Source: Malacoraja senta (taxonomy: Eukaryota). Taken from it: a DNA stretch of 64,000 nt. The translations under genes and the position numbers were made by a program. The stretch is taken from the NCBI GenBank assembly GCA_038087875.1, contig CM075993.1, positions 11,410,001-11,474,000 on the forward strand. Direction: 5' to 3'. Of this stretch, positions 1 to 12,689 are shown piece after piece (the first letter of the stretch is position 1; every line of letters begins with the position of its first letter). A model generated the notes under the pieces. That model was given only the letters and a program-made list of their open reading frames with translations. It ran no database searches and was not told the DNA's origin.

Positions 1-379
1 CCCTGACAGGCCAATCCATCCCAACAGTATTCAATACAGTATCTCTAATATATTTAATGCAGGATTTGTGCATTCTTTGAAAAGGAAACCATGTAATTCC
101 CAAGTCTGTGGTCTAAATCAAATAAACACTTCCAGTATGGTTTGTGGAAAATTAAAGCAGGCATTAGGCGAGGTTTGCCAGTATTAACAGTTTAGATGCT
201 GCAGTGATCCGATGTTGCATGGCTCTGGGCTGGAGAGCAGTGTCCTTTTACATAAAAGGTCTGATGCAAGGTCAATGAGCCGAATCCCACACTGTTGTAC
301 AGGCTATCTCCAGGTTACGAGTGCCGAATTAAGGTCAGCCCTCATATTGAATTGAATTGGAATTGAAAGATACATCATG

Positions 380-615
380 GAATCAGCCCCTACTGTCCAC
401 TGAATCCACATTGATCACTCGTTCACACTAGTTCTATGTTATCCCACTTTCTCATCCATTCTCTGCAGACGAGGAGCAATTAACCTACAAATTTGCACAT
501 CTTTGGGATGTGGGAGGAAACCGGAGCACTCGGAGGAAACCCACAAAGTCACAGGCAGAACAAAACCCTAGTGACAGCACCCGAGGTCAGGATCAAATCT
601 TCCACTCTGGTACTG
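380..615 (-). mobile_element. HE1/V-SINE-type tRNA SINE, degenerate
   Basis: Reverse V-domain gggaggaaaccggagcactcggaggaaacccac and B-box remnant. Confidence 0.8.
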
Positions 616-1875
616 AACGAGCTCCCATTATATTATTAAATTCAAAAGTTCAATTTGCTTTCATTTGTTCGCTCCTATGAACATCAGAACTAGTTTCATT
701 TCCCTCTCTCCACTTCTAGTAATTGTTTTTATCTATGTGCTTTTGATGCCATTCGTTACAATAATGTGACGGTATTGTGACCATAATGAATGATCTTTGT
801 GTACTTTTGAACAATATAAACATGGACATCTGTAAAAACAGTGCCAATTCTTTAGCCAGGGAGAGGCCATATTGCCATCATCTTGTATACATTTGTGAAG
901 CTAATGTCAATCTGAAGAAGACTCCTCACGTGAAACAATATATTTCCATTTCGCTCCAAAGATGGTGCCTGACCCACTAAGTTCCTCCACCACTTTTGTT
1001 CAAGATTCCAGCACCTGCAGCCTCTGGTGATTCCCATTATCACCTTCTTTACATATAATATTCCAACACTGGCAACTATTGTGTCACTTCCTGCCAACCA
1101 CAGTTCAGCAGGTGCATCCACCTTCACCCTCCCTTTATGCAGCTTCATCTGCCTTCTTTTCTTCTCTTCTCTCCCCTGTCCCACAATCCATCATTCACCA
1201 GCCTATGCATCCAAATTCCACCCCATCCCCTCTCCTACTTGGCTCCAAATGCTCGTCATGTTTCAGCCTTTCCAGGTCCACCATTCATCTCTCGCCACTG
1301 TCTCACCACAAGCTCTCTCCTCTTTATACGGGCTCTCTCCATACTTGAACCTGAAGCTGGATTTCCACCCCAAAATTTGACCGTTCCTTTCCATTCACAG
1401 ACGCAGCTCAACTTGCGAGTTCCTCCAGCGGACTGTTGATACAATGAAGCTATACAATATCTATATAACTAAAGGTCTCATCTTGACCACTTCCTGTCTG
1501 CGCTGTATATTGATTTTAGAATAAACGCTACCATATATCGTTATGATTTTTGGCCATTTTACTCAGTCCTCCTCCGCTGACGCAGCCCCAAGGATTTTTC
1601 CGATTGATGAAAAATAAAAAAGTTATGAGTGTTTAAAAAATCTTGAGATTAACTGATTGGTCCTCTCGCCTGTCAATCACCACGATGAAGGTAATGTCCC
1701 TTCCGGGGGGGGGGGGGGGGAGCTGGACTATAAAATCCCGGATGCCTGGATGTGAGTCAGTCACTCTGGAAGATCGCGAGGGAGAGTCCACAACTGTGCT
1801 TCTAAACTGTGAATCAACTGAACTGTGAGTCTGCAATGTACTTGCCCTTAATGACAATGCAATGAGTTGTTTAGC

Positions 1876-2030
1876 AATTTGGTGGCCTGCACTCTGCTTG
1901 AAATGCTATGAAATTGAATTTGGTGGCCTGCACTCTGTTTGAAATGCTATGAAATTGAATTTGGTGGCCTGCACTCTGCTTGAAATGCTATGAAATTGAA
2001 TTTGGTGGCCTGCACTCTGCTTGAAATGGA
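1876..2030. repeat. 41-bp tandem repeat (about 3.7 copies) inside the Helitron
   Basis: aatttggtggcctgcactctgcttgaaatgctatgaaattg repeated. Confidence 0.9.
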
Positions 2031-2049
2031 ATTTCAAGGAATAGCCATG

Positions 2050-2303
2050 AGTGAACTACCAGCCCACCAGCCCTGTGTGACTGAGCTGCCAGCCCACCAG
2101 CCCTGAGTGACTGAGCTGCCAGCCCACCAGCCCTGAGTGACTGAGCTGCCAGCCCACCAGTCCTGAGTGACTGAGCTGCCAGCCCACCAGGCCTGGGTGA
2201 CTGAGCTGCCAGCCCACCAGGCCTGAGTGACTGAGCTGCCAGCCTACCAGGCCTGAGTGACTGAATTGCCAGCCCACCAGGCCTGAATGACTGAGCTGCC
2301 AGC
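2050..2303. repeat. 30-bp tandem repeat (about 8 copies) inside the Helitron
   Basis: gtgactgagctgccagcccaccagscctga repeated head to tail with no spacers. Confidence 0.95.
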
Positions 2304-2519
2304 ACAATAACCCATTCGGCCCACAATGTCCATACTAGCCCTCTGGAAACCAGTCCCTTTGGCCCACAACACCCATACCAGCGCTCCAGAAAGCTCCCCC
2401 CCCCCCCCCACTGGCCACCAATATTGGAATTGGTGGAGAGGTGGAATATTGCGTTGGGGGACTAGCCCTCCCGTGTGAACATGGGACCCGATGGGTCCCA
2501 CTTAGTCTAGTATTATTAT

Positions 2520-3080
2520 AATGTCATACAGCACGGAAACAGGCCCTTCAACCCAGCTTGCCCAGGCAGACCAAGGTACACCAATTACACTAGTCCCACC
2601 TGGTGCGTTCAGGCCATATCCCTCTAAAACTTTTGTATCCATGTACTTGTCCAAATGTTTTTTATGTGTTGTTATAGTTTCTGCCTCAACTACCTCCTCT
2701 GACAGCTCATTCTATATACCTACTCTGAATTTAAGACTGCACCTACCCACTACAAGAAATGAAGCTGAAAGTATGGTCTTTTTGCCAGGGTAGGGGAATT
2801 AAGAACTAGAGGGCATATGTTTAAAATGAGAGTGGAAATATTTAATAAGAACCTAAGGGGTACCTTTTTCACAGAGGGTAGTGGGTATATGATACGAGCT
2901 GCCAGGAGCAGTAGTTCAGGCAAGCATAATAACATTTCATATGTGATGGACAAGTGCATGGATAGGAAAGGGTTAGAGAGATATGACCAAGCATGGGCAA
3001 GTGGGACTAGCCAAGATGGGGTATCTATTTCGGCATGGACTAGTATGGCCAATGGGCCTGTTTCCATGCTGTAGAACTCT
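2520..3080. mobile_element. Two CR1 LINE 3' fragments in opposite orientation
   Basis: CR1 ORF2 C-terminal remnants (RG..FK, RGTFFT) and the 3' UTR motif gggcctgtttccatgctgta. Confidence 0.7.
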
Positions 3081-3344
3081 AATTGCGTAAAGAATCAGAG
3101 AATGGGACAATTATACATTTGTTGAAACTGTGGCAGCCTGTACTCCAGCCACTCCAGACTCCAGACAGCACACTGCTTTTGTTACCACATACAGCGTTAG
3201 CTCACCGGCCCAGTACTACTGCCACCTACTGACAATTTCCCAGGCATTGTTGTGTCTTGTACCTTGGCCAGAGGTAAGCAGCAAACTCACAGAGAACAAA
3301 GTGAGCCCAGTCAATACCAGTGACACGAATGGGCATCAAAACCG

Positions 3345-4211
3345 GAGGGCGGCGGCGCGGATTACTGCAGCGGCCCCTACAGCCTGTCTGTCTTTTTTTT
3401 ATTTTTGTCTAGTTAAATGTAGTTGTTTGTGGGGTTTTTTTGTACTGTATTAATTGTGTATATGTGGGGGGCCGGGGGGGGAGGGGGGAGGGGGAAACTG
3501 AAAAAAAATCTATTCCCTGCACGGGAGACCGGACCTTTTCCGTCGGGTCTCCGTTGTCGTTGGGGCCTAGCTCCGTGGAGCGGCCTCCGACCGGGACGAC
3601 CTGGGGGCTCCAGTCGCGGAGCCTGCGGAGCTGCGGACTCACCATCGTGGGGCTGGCTGGCCTCGGAGCGCGGGGAGCGGTGGTGACTCGTTGCTGCTCA
3701 CTCCGGAGCTCCAGCTCCAGCTGCAGACCAAGGACTGGGACATCGGGAGCTCGCGGGTCCGGGTGAGAGACCGCTTTCCGGAGCTCCCGCAACGCAACTT
3801 CTCCAGCTCGAGTCACGGGGTTGGAACGACCCGGAGCGGGGCCGTAAATCGCCCGGTGCGGCTTTAATGTTAAAGCCGCGAGACATTCCAGCGCCCGCCG
3901 GGGCACCAACTTTGTGACTTTTGGGCCCGGAGCGAGGCCGTACACAGCCCGGCGTGGCCTCAACGGCCGTGGGACTTAACATTGCCCGCCTGGGGCTTCA
4001 ACATCGGGAGAAAGATGGTGCAGGGGAGAGAAATGACTTTGCCTTCCATCACAGTGAGGAGGAGATTCACTGTGATGGATGTTTTTCTGTAAATTGAATT
4101 GTTTGTGTGTCGTGTAGGAATTGTTTTGTTTGTATGGCTGTGGAAACGGAGTTTCGTTTGAGCCTCTTTGAGGTTCAAATGACAAGAAATAAAATCTAAA
4201 TCTAAATCTAA
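3345..4211 (+). mobile_element. GC-rich non-coding retroposon with Rex1/Babar-like tail (copy A)
   Basis: Highly similar to 53455-54186. Ends in aatgacaagaaataaa(atctaa)n. Confidence 0.7.
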
Positions 4212-4556
4212 GAAAGAAACATACATGTGGGCTCATCTCTTTCCAGAGCATGGCTGTGAGATCAGTGCGCTATCACTGGTGCTGGCCATTTAACCTCCCT
4301 TTGAGCCTGGTTACATCAGATTAATTCGTTGTCAAAGGGTTCAATGTAATTTCTTGTTTACATGAACCTCACAGAGTAATCAGTATACACGGCAATGATA
4401 CATATGACAATAAATACAATGCCAAATGCAAAGCAGCAGAATGGTGCAAGATTGTAGTGCAAATTCTGAGTTGTTCAGAACAACATAAGAAGTGAATGAA
4501 GTAGAGTTACGCGAAATGGTACATGGCAACACCTTCTCGAAGAGGGTGTTAAAGAG

Positions 4557-4842
4557 GTTTAGATTAGTTTAGAGATACAGCCCCGGCCCACCGGGTCCGC
4601 GCCGACCAGCGATCCCTGCACATTAATACCATCCTACACACACTAGGGACAATTTTTACATTTACCAAGCCAATTTACCTGCATACCTGTACGTCTTTGG
4701 AGTGTGGGAGGAAACCGAACATCGCGGAGAAAACCCACGTGGTCATGGGAAGAATGTACAAACTCCGTACAGGCAGCACCCATTGTCGGGATCGAACCCG
4801 GGTCTCCGGCGCTATAAGACAGCAACTCTACCGCTGCGCGAT
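4557..4842 (-). mobile_element. HE1/V-SINE-type SINE
   Basis: tRNA B-box, V-domain and (ctaaa)-type tail in reverse. Confidence 0.85.
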
Positions 4843-5049
4843 GATTGTTTCAGGAGTCTGGGAATTTTTTTTCTCCAAAATCTGGATGTCCAGGCTTTCA
4901 TAGAGTCATAGAGAGTGGAAACAGGCCCTTCGGCCCAACTTCCCCACACCAGCCAACGTGTCCCATCTACACTAGTCCCACCTGCCTGCATTTGGTCCAC
5001 ATCCCTCTAAACCTGTCCTTGCAAACTCCTGTATCTTTTTCTAGAAGGT

Positions 5050-7080
5050 AAAAGAGAGAAAAGGGAATGGTCAGGGAGCAGGCATGCATGCCAATCCTTC
5101 CAGCCTTGTTGTATCACTGTGCCATGAAGATGGAGTGAAAGCCTGTGGTGGACTGGGTTATGATCACCACTCACTGCAAGTTCAGTCAGTCAAGAGCAGA
5201 AGTTGCCGTACCAGGATGAGATGTACCCTACTGTGCATCTGTAGAGGTTTGCATGTCAAATGTTTTCAAATCCACAAGAAAGTAAATGCGTTGATGTGCT
5301 TTCTTGATCACCACATCTGTGTGAAGGAACCAGGTAAGGTTGTTGGTGAACTGGATGCTTGGGAACCTGAAACTGTCAAGCATATCTACAGAAACTTCGT
5401 TGACTTCATCCTCTCGCTTTCACATGTCAATTTCTTCTATTTTACATCTAGAGTTAGTTTAGTTTATTGCCACGTGTACCGAGATAAAGTGAAAAGCTTT
5501 AGTTGCGTGCTATCCAGTCAGCGGAAAGACAATACATGATTAAAATCCAGCCATTTACAATGTATAGATACATGATAAGGGAATAACGTTTAGTGCAAGG
5601 TAAATCCAGCAAAGTCCGATCAAGAATAGTCCCAGGGTCACCAATGAGATAGATAGTAGTTCAGAACTGCTTTCTGGTTGTGGTAAGATGATTCAGTTGC
5701 CTGATAACAGCTGGGAAGAAACTGTCCCGAAATCTGGAGGTGTGAGTTTTCACACTTCTATACCGTTTGCCTGATGGGAGAGGGAAGAAGAGCGGCCAGG
5801 GTGCGACGTCCTTGAATATGCTGCTGGTCTTGCCGAAGCAGCGTAAGGTATAAATGGAATCATTGGCATAAAATTCTTGCAGTCTTGGATGGAGCTGTTC
5901 CTAAACCAAGCTTGTGATGCATCCTGATAAAATGCTTTCTATGATGCACCTGTAGAAGTTGGTGAGAGTTGAAAGGGACATGCCAAACTTCCTAAGGAGG
6001 TATAGGCGCTGGTGTTTTTTTGGGTCATTGCTTCAATATGGGTGGTCCAGGAGAAATTGTTGGTAATATTGACCCCTAGGAATTTGAAGTTTACAACCAT
6101 CTCTACTTAAGCAGCATCAATGAGTACCACTATGCTTCCTGAAGTCGATCACTATCTCCTTTGTCTTGCTGACATTGAGAGAAAGGTTGTTGTCACGATA
6201 CCAGGACACGAGGTTCACAATCTCCTTCCTGTACTCCGTCTCATCATTATTTGATATCCAGCCCACAATGGTGTCGTCTGCGAATTTGAAAATTAAATTA
6301 GATTTGTATATGGCTGCAAAGTCGTGGCTGTACAAGGAGTAAAGAAGGGGTCTGAGCACCAGTGTTGAGGATTATCGTAGAGGATGACTTGTGCCCTGTC
6401 CTCACTGATTGGGATCTATTTGCTGACGTTAAGGACTAGATTGTCATCACCATGACACAAGTTTCTCAATCTCTTTCCTGTACTTTGTCTCCTTGTTGTT
6501 GTAGATCCGACCGACAACAGAGGTATCACTTGCAAACTAAATGATCAAGTTGGTGTTGGATTTGGCTACACAGTCACGTGTAAGGGACTAAGCACACAAC
6601 TCTGAGGAGCACAAGTGTTGAGGGTCAGGCTGAGGGTGCACTATTTTCAATGTTTCTAAATATCATGAACAATTCTAATGTGCTCTGCCAGTCAAGAAGT
6701 CCAGACGCCAGTTACAGATGGAGGTGCAAAGATCAAGTTCTGAGGTTTAGAGAAGAGTTTATTCAGTGTTATGGTGTTGAAGGTTGAGCTATAGCCAATG
6801 AAGAGCACCCTGACATAGGCATACTTATTGTCAAGGTGATCCAGGGCAGCATGTATTGCATGAGAGCAGGCATCCTCAATGCAGCTATTTTTCCTGTACG
6901 TGTATTGCATGGGCTCGAGGTTGTCCAAAACACTGGCACAAATGTGGGACATTGTGCATCTTTCAAAGCACTTCACTATGGCCGATGTTAACGCTAATGG
7001 CAGTAATCATCACGGCAGGTCCCTTTATTGTTCTTGGTGACTGGAATGATGGAGGTTTTCTAGAAGCAGATGTGGGACAG
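5050..7080 (-). mobile_element. Rex1/Babar LINE RT and 3' fragments, several pieces
   Basis: ORF remnants PLLYSLYSHD..KFADDT..LSLNVSKTKEIVIDFRK and MKCFER..YVRVLFI.YSSTFNT. 3' tail (gtgg)caataaactaaac near 5450. Confidence 0.85.
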
Positions 7081-7717
7081 ACTGTGGTCCCCTTACCTTG
7101 TTGCTCCTCCCAAGTACATCAGCTCACAACTCTCTGATCAGACCCGCTCAATAGTCAATAGTGCCTTATTTATCACATATGCAACTGCACAGTGAAATTC
7201 ATTTTTGTATATATTACACATGTGGGCGCCGCCATTTTTGCTGCCATTATTCAAAGTTCAAAGTCCAGTCGGTCCGCGCGCTCGATGTACTGGAGCAATT
7301 TCCACGTACCGACATCTCTCCTCTCCTCACCCGCCCATCTTTGTGTCCTGGGGGTGCTTCCTGCGGCCTACCTGAAGGGGCAGGCATTACCCTGGTTCAC
7401 CCTCCTACTGGCCTTTGCTCCTCACATCCGACCGCTAGCCAACATTCGAAAGCCGTTGCCCTCACTGTCAGCCACACGGTCATTTTGCTGTCGACAGACT
7501 TTGTCTCTGGACTCCAAGATTTAAGGAAGGAGTGAGTCAGAGTTTGGCTGTTTCAAAGTCCGAGCAGCCTTGGCTGTAAAAATCCCAGACTCCACGACCA
7601 CAGGTTGCTGCATCAGAGGATGCACACAATATATCACCAAACACCACTGAGAAATCAGTGGCTGAAGATAGAGGTGTTTTGTAACCTGCACAGACCCATC
7701 GTCAGTCTGTAAACCAT

Positions 7718-7985
7718 AGGGCAGCACGGTGGGACAGCGGTAGAGAGGCTGCCTCACAATGCCAGACCCGGGTTCGATCCTGTCTGTACAGATTGTACGT
7801 TTTCCGTGACCTGCGGGGGTTTTCTCCGAGATCTTCGGTTACCTCCCACACTCCAATGACGTAGGTTTATTGGCTTCGATAAAAGAAAATTGTAAATTGT
7901 CCCTAGTATGTAGGATAGTGCTAGTGTACGGAGACTTGGTGGACCAAAGGGCCTGTTTCCGCACTAAAGTTTAAAAGTCTAAAGT
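7718..7985 (+). mobile_element. HE1/V-SINE-type SINE
   Basis: gggcagcacggtgg...ggttcgatcc head, V-domain and CR1-like tail. Confidence 0.8.
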
Positions 7986-9237
7986 ACTGAAAAAGAAGTC
8001 AGCGTCTTGATTGAAGAATGTGCCTTGTCCTGTGCATACATTTTTCCAATATTCTCTTTTCTCGCTGCATCAATGCAAATGTACACTCTAATCTAATGTA
8101 TCACATACTCTGCACTCCAGAATGCTGGAGTGAGCTTTATTTAGCGGCAATGAGATAACATATTGCTTGGCCGCTTGGGAGCATGCAAGGTAACATTCAT
8201 TCAGTGAAACAGTGCCAAAGGTGCAGTCACACTGTATTTATAACCCACTAGATTCACGCCTGATGTCATGCTTGTGGAATGCATGAAAATGTGTTTTAAT
8301 GAGTACATTTTAATGCACATGCATGGCACAATTTTGCTGGGAAGCTCTGATTTTTTCTGCTTATTACAAGTACAAGGAACATAACCTGAGACGAGTAATG
8401 TTGCTCGTGAACAGCCAGCCTGTGACTCCAGCCCAGTTGTAGGTATCAGACACAGGGCCCAACATAGTTTTAGAGCAAAATTCCACAATGTGAACAGCAT
8501 GATTGAATGATCTTGTTGAAAGATGTCCAACTGGTAAATGTGACTGCGGCCAACTAAGATAATCACACATGAAATACCAGAAAGCTCCAAGTCATTCAAA
8601 AAAAATAAACTTTGAGTGTTGGTATGTACACAGGCAGACAACCAAAACCCTAAGCCAAACATCTCACAAAGCCTTCCTATCTTTCCGACATCACCACTGT
8701 TATGCCTTTCCTGAGAAGCTGTCCCATTGACGTCATTAACCAAGCAGCTTTCACACTTCTAACGCCGTTCACAGTTTTGTTGAAACAGAGCAGATGTTGG
8801 AGGTTGAAAGGAAAAAGGCTGCAGATGATGGAAATCTGAAATAAAATCAGAAAATGCTGAAAACTCTCAGCAGATTAGGCAGCATCTCCTTTATTGTCTC
8901 AGTGTTTACAGCATTTTCAGCTTTTTATTCACCTATTACCAACCAGAAAGCAAACCTCAGCTACTATCTACCTCATTGGAGACCCTTGGACTATCTTTGA
9001 TTGGACTTTACTGGACTTTATCTTACACTAAATGTTATTTATGTTATTCCCTTTATCATGTATCTGTACACAGTGGATGATTGTAATCATGAATTGTGTT
9101 TCCGCTGACTGGTTACCATGCAACACAAGGTTTTCACTGTAGCTCGGTACACGTGACAATAAATTCAACTCAACTCAAACTTTATTTCCGATGTTGAGAG
9201 GGAACAGACCAGAGATTTTCTGAGGCCAAGAGAATGT

Positions 9238-9420
9238 TTAAGAAGGAACTGCAGATGCTAGAAAATCAAAGGTAAACAAAAATGCTGGAGAAACTCAGCG
9301 GGTGAGGCAACATTTTATGGAGCGAAGGAAATAGACAACGTTTCGGGTCTGAAGAAGGGTTTCAGCCCGAAACGTTGCCTATTTCCCTTCGCTCCATAGA
9401 TGCTGCCTCACCCGCTGAGA
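9238..9420. mobile_element. Penelope-like pseudo-LTR fragment with inverted arrangement and hammerhead motif
   Basis: About 9295-9347 is the reverse complement of about 9366-9420. CTGAAGA-stemloop-GAAACGTT at 9349-9376. Confidence 0.8.
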
Positions 9421-10481
9421 ACTGAGAGAGATTAGTTTAGCAACGCCTGTCTTCTGCTGAGTCATCCCGTCAAAGTCAGGCCTTATTTGCTCATCACTAA
9501 TATATAAAAAGGCTAGTGGCAGATTTTGGGTTAGGACAGTGGCATATTTACCCAAGGTCCTGTCACACAGTTCCCAAGTTCAGGGTCCAATCCCGGAATG
9601 CTGTGAGGCAGGAGCTCAACCAGCTACACGACCGCAGATTGGAGCTGTGAGGGCAAAGAGCCTGCAGAAGATGGCTGTAATACCCATTATATCCTTGTAC
9701 GTGTACATACTTGGCCAATAAACCTATTTATAAACTTATTCATTATAGACCAATGGAGCTCAGACCATGGAGCCAATCTACAAGAAATATCTTCACTTCA
9801 CAAGACATATACAGTAAATGGTAGGGCACTTAAGACAAAGAACAGAACAGGACAGCACAACCAATATGCAGCACAGAACGCCACAGGAGATCCTTCATCC
9901 CTGTGGCTATCAAACTGTACAATTCCTCCCCCTTCTGTCGTGGGGTAGACTGACTCCGCCCCCCTCCCCCCCCATTTGCACATCCCCAATCCTTTCCACT
10001 CGTCACTTTAATTTCATGTTTCATATATTTTGTGTTTTATGAATGTTGGCAGATCAATTTCCCTCCTGGAATCGTACAAGAACAAGCCCTTTGGCCCATG
10101 GTATCTGTGCCGAATATGATGCCATATTAGTTTCCACATAATCCATCTCCCCCCCCCCCCCCCCCCCCCCCATTCCCTGCCTATCCAAAAGTCCCTTAAA
10201 TCATATCTGTCTCAATACCCCTGGCAATGCATTCCAGGCACTCACCAACGTCTATGTAAAAAAGCTTTCCATTTTACTTCGGAGTCACGTGACTGACTAC
10301 GTGAAGAGCCCGCCAGGGCGCATGCGCGACATATCGCTAGCGCAATTGAGAGCGACAGGCGGGGGGGGGGGGGGGGGGGGGGACGCTCCCCGCAGCGGTA
10401 GCTTAAAACAGAGACCTACAGGTAAGTTTCTTACTCTGAGGTCGTTTTTTCGTGTGTCTTTCTGTTCCAGGAAGGACAACG

Positions 10482-12557
10482 ATGGACAGGACCCGTACCA
10501 AGTCCAAACAGGCCGCTAAGAAACTGGCTGAGGAGGACCGCGGAAGTACCGGGAGCCAGCAGCGGCCGACTGCAGCATCGCAATCTTTGCGATCAGCGGT
10601 CTCTGTCCCGGCACCTGTGCAGCCTGGGTCGCCACAGGCTGACACGAACGGCAATAGATGGGACACGCTCATGGACTCCGATGTGTCGGGCCATGAGCAA
10701 ACCCCACCGGCAGACAGCGACAGTAGTCGCATTTTTTCACTTTTTTCACTTTCATTTTTTCACTTTTTTTTAATAGTTTCAGTGTGTCCAGTGTCTCGTC
10801 CGTTGGAGTAATCTACTTTTTAAATGTATGGTGAATGGGAGTAACTATATTCTAGGTCCCTACCTGGTCGGTGAGGCAGCTTTTTCTCCGGGCTGCCCCG
10901 TCGACCGGTCCTCGTGGCCTACCAGCGGGCATGGAGCGCCGTTTCCTGACGGGGACCGCCCAGCACCTCGGCTTCGGTGGCGGCACAGCGCTGGAGCGCT
11001 ATCGCTGAGCGGAGCGCGCGATGCCTTGCCTGGGTCGCCGCGCTGGATCGGCGCGCTGGAGCTCCAGTGAGCTGTGACCGCCGAGCTCAACACCTCCGGG
11101 CTGCGGGTCTGCGGAGAGGATCGGGCGGCGCCGACTTTAACATCGGGAGCCTGGGAGCTCCAAACCGGCGCGGCCTTGTCGGCTTCGGAAGCCGCGGCCT
11201 CCGGTAAGGAATGCGGTCGTTCCAGGTGGCCCAGCCGCTGAAAGGACTCTCCCGACGCCGGGGCAACAGCACCCGGTGAGAACGGCCAGGAACATCGGGC
11301 CTCCGTAGAGGCAATAGCGGAGGCCTCAATAGGCCTGACTTTGGGGAGAACTGGGGTTGGGGACTGGACATTGTGCCTTCCCCCACAGTGGTAACCATTG
11401 TGGGGGGATGATTTTTTGTGTGTACTGTCTATGTTAGACTGTGTCCAAGATGGCGGTCGGAAGGGAGAGTGGACGCTGGCGCGGTTTAGCTGCCGCTGCT
11501 CTCTCTTCACATTTTGTTTCTGAATTTTTTTGTTGTTGTTGTTTTTTGGATCGAATTTCTGTCTTTAATTTGTGTATTGGTGATGTCTTTATAACTTATT
11601 TTTACTCTGATTATATGTTTCTTTGTTAAAATTTTGTAAGGTGTCCTTGAGACCTTTGTATAGGCGCCCATAAATAAAATGTATTATTATTATTATTACA
11701 CGTCTGGAGCGGCTGGTGGAGCAATTGCTTCACCGTGACAAACTCCGTGAGCAGGAGTCAAGTCACTAAGGGCTTCCGAGGAAGCCCATGGCAGTACCTT
11801 TTTCAGGGTGCACAATGTATCTCCCTCGACAGAGGGGAGCATCGGGAGTCATTTCTGGGCTGACTCCGAACAAGGGTTGGCTGAAGAGACTTCAAGTGTG
11901 CTGAGGGTGCCAGAAGAGAAGATGCTGGGCATGGTGAAAAAGTTTGCGGTGCCTCCACAGTCAGGGCAGCCGCTGAAACAACAACTAGCAGCCAGCATTG
12001 ACTACCTATCAACCCATCAATTACAAGAACAGGCAGTTAATGAAACTACTGCAAAATACCTGGCACCAGGGAACTGTACTTCACTGAATGTCCCAGTAGT
12101 GAATCCCTCCATCTGGGGACATATTGGTGCAGGTGTAAGGGCACAGGAGGTACAAATGCAGAAAATCCTTAAACTTTTAACAACTGGGATTACAGCATTT
12201 GCCCGGTCAGTGGATGACACGGAAATGACAGAGGCGCAGCAAGATACGCTGGCGATGCTCTGCAATACTCAGTTTGAGATTAACTGTTTCCGTAAGAACT
12301 CCATCTGCCCAGCCTTGAACCCCAAATTTGCGGCTCTGTGTAAGACCAACACCACACCGCCGCCAATTTTGTTATTTGGGGGCAACCTGTCCAAACAGGT
12401 TAAAGACCTGGATGAAGAGGCGAAAGCCGGCGGGCTCATCAAGGCATCGGGGAAAATACCTCGGCGACAGCACCCCTACGCATCCACCAGCAGGCCACGT
12501 CACATCGAGCTGGTGAAAGCTCGAAGGCCGCAGCTCAAGGACAAAGGTCTTTTTTAG
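10482..12557 (+). pseudogene. DIRS gag-like ORF1, interrupted by an insertion and a frameshift
   Basis: MDRTRTKSKQ...SDSSR (10482-10730) rejoins in frame with TRLERLVEQLLHRDKLREQ (11698 onward). It continues in ORF 11808-12557 (P.NC..L.VP.VNPSIW motif). Confidence 0.75.
10732..11697 (+). mobile_element. GC-rich non-coding retroposon with L2-type tail (copy A), nested in DIRS gag
   Basis: Highly similar in reverse to 44561-45525. Tail tgtaaggtgtccttgag...aggcgcccataaataaaatg(tat)n. Confidence 0.8.
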
Positions 12558-12689
12558 ACCGCGGCCCAGAGCGACCTTCGTGGAAGATGCGCCAACCCGA
12601 ATACCAGCACCTCAATCGGCCAAGAAGCAGAAGAAAAAGAGATGAACACCCCACTGGTAACCATGGAGGTAGGTGGGTCTGGATCCTCG

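Larger units (their letters stand above)
1460..2510 (+). mobile_element. Non-autonomous Helitron, both termini intact
   Basis: 5' A|TCTATATAACTAAA. 3' hairpin tgggaccc-gat-gggtccca at 2482-2500, then CTAG|T at 2507-2511. Inserted between A and T with no TSD. Contains internal tandem repeats. Confidence 0.88.

Noticed and set aside
327..338. RORE autoregulatory site (aattaaggtca); also gaattaggtca near 52687
   Set aside because: Both are imperfect matches to WAWNTRGGTCA, the second lies in a CR1 tail, and such hits are expected by chance.
1876..2303. CRISPR-like regular repeats and repetitive ORFs 1988-2326 and 2056-2307
   Set aside because: Head-to-tail units with no unique spacers, no cas genes, and a eukaryotic context. 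The ORFs are by-products of a 30-bp repeat.
3409..3963. 184-aa ORF and similar ORFs at 10860-11510, 43736-44493 and 40513-41024
   Set aside because: Stop-poor GC-rich repeat sequence with no recognisable domains; frames are not conserved between sibling copies where these exist.
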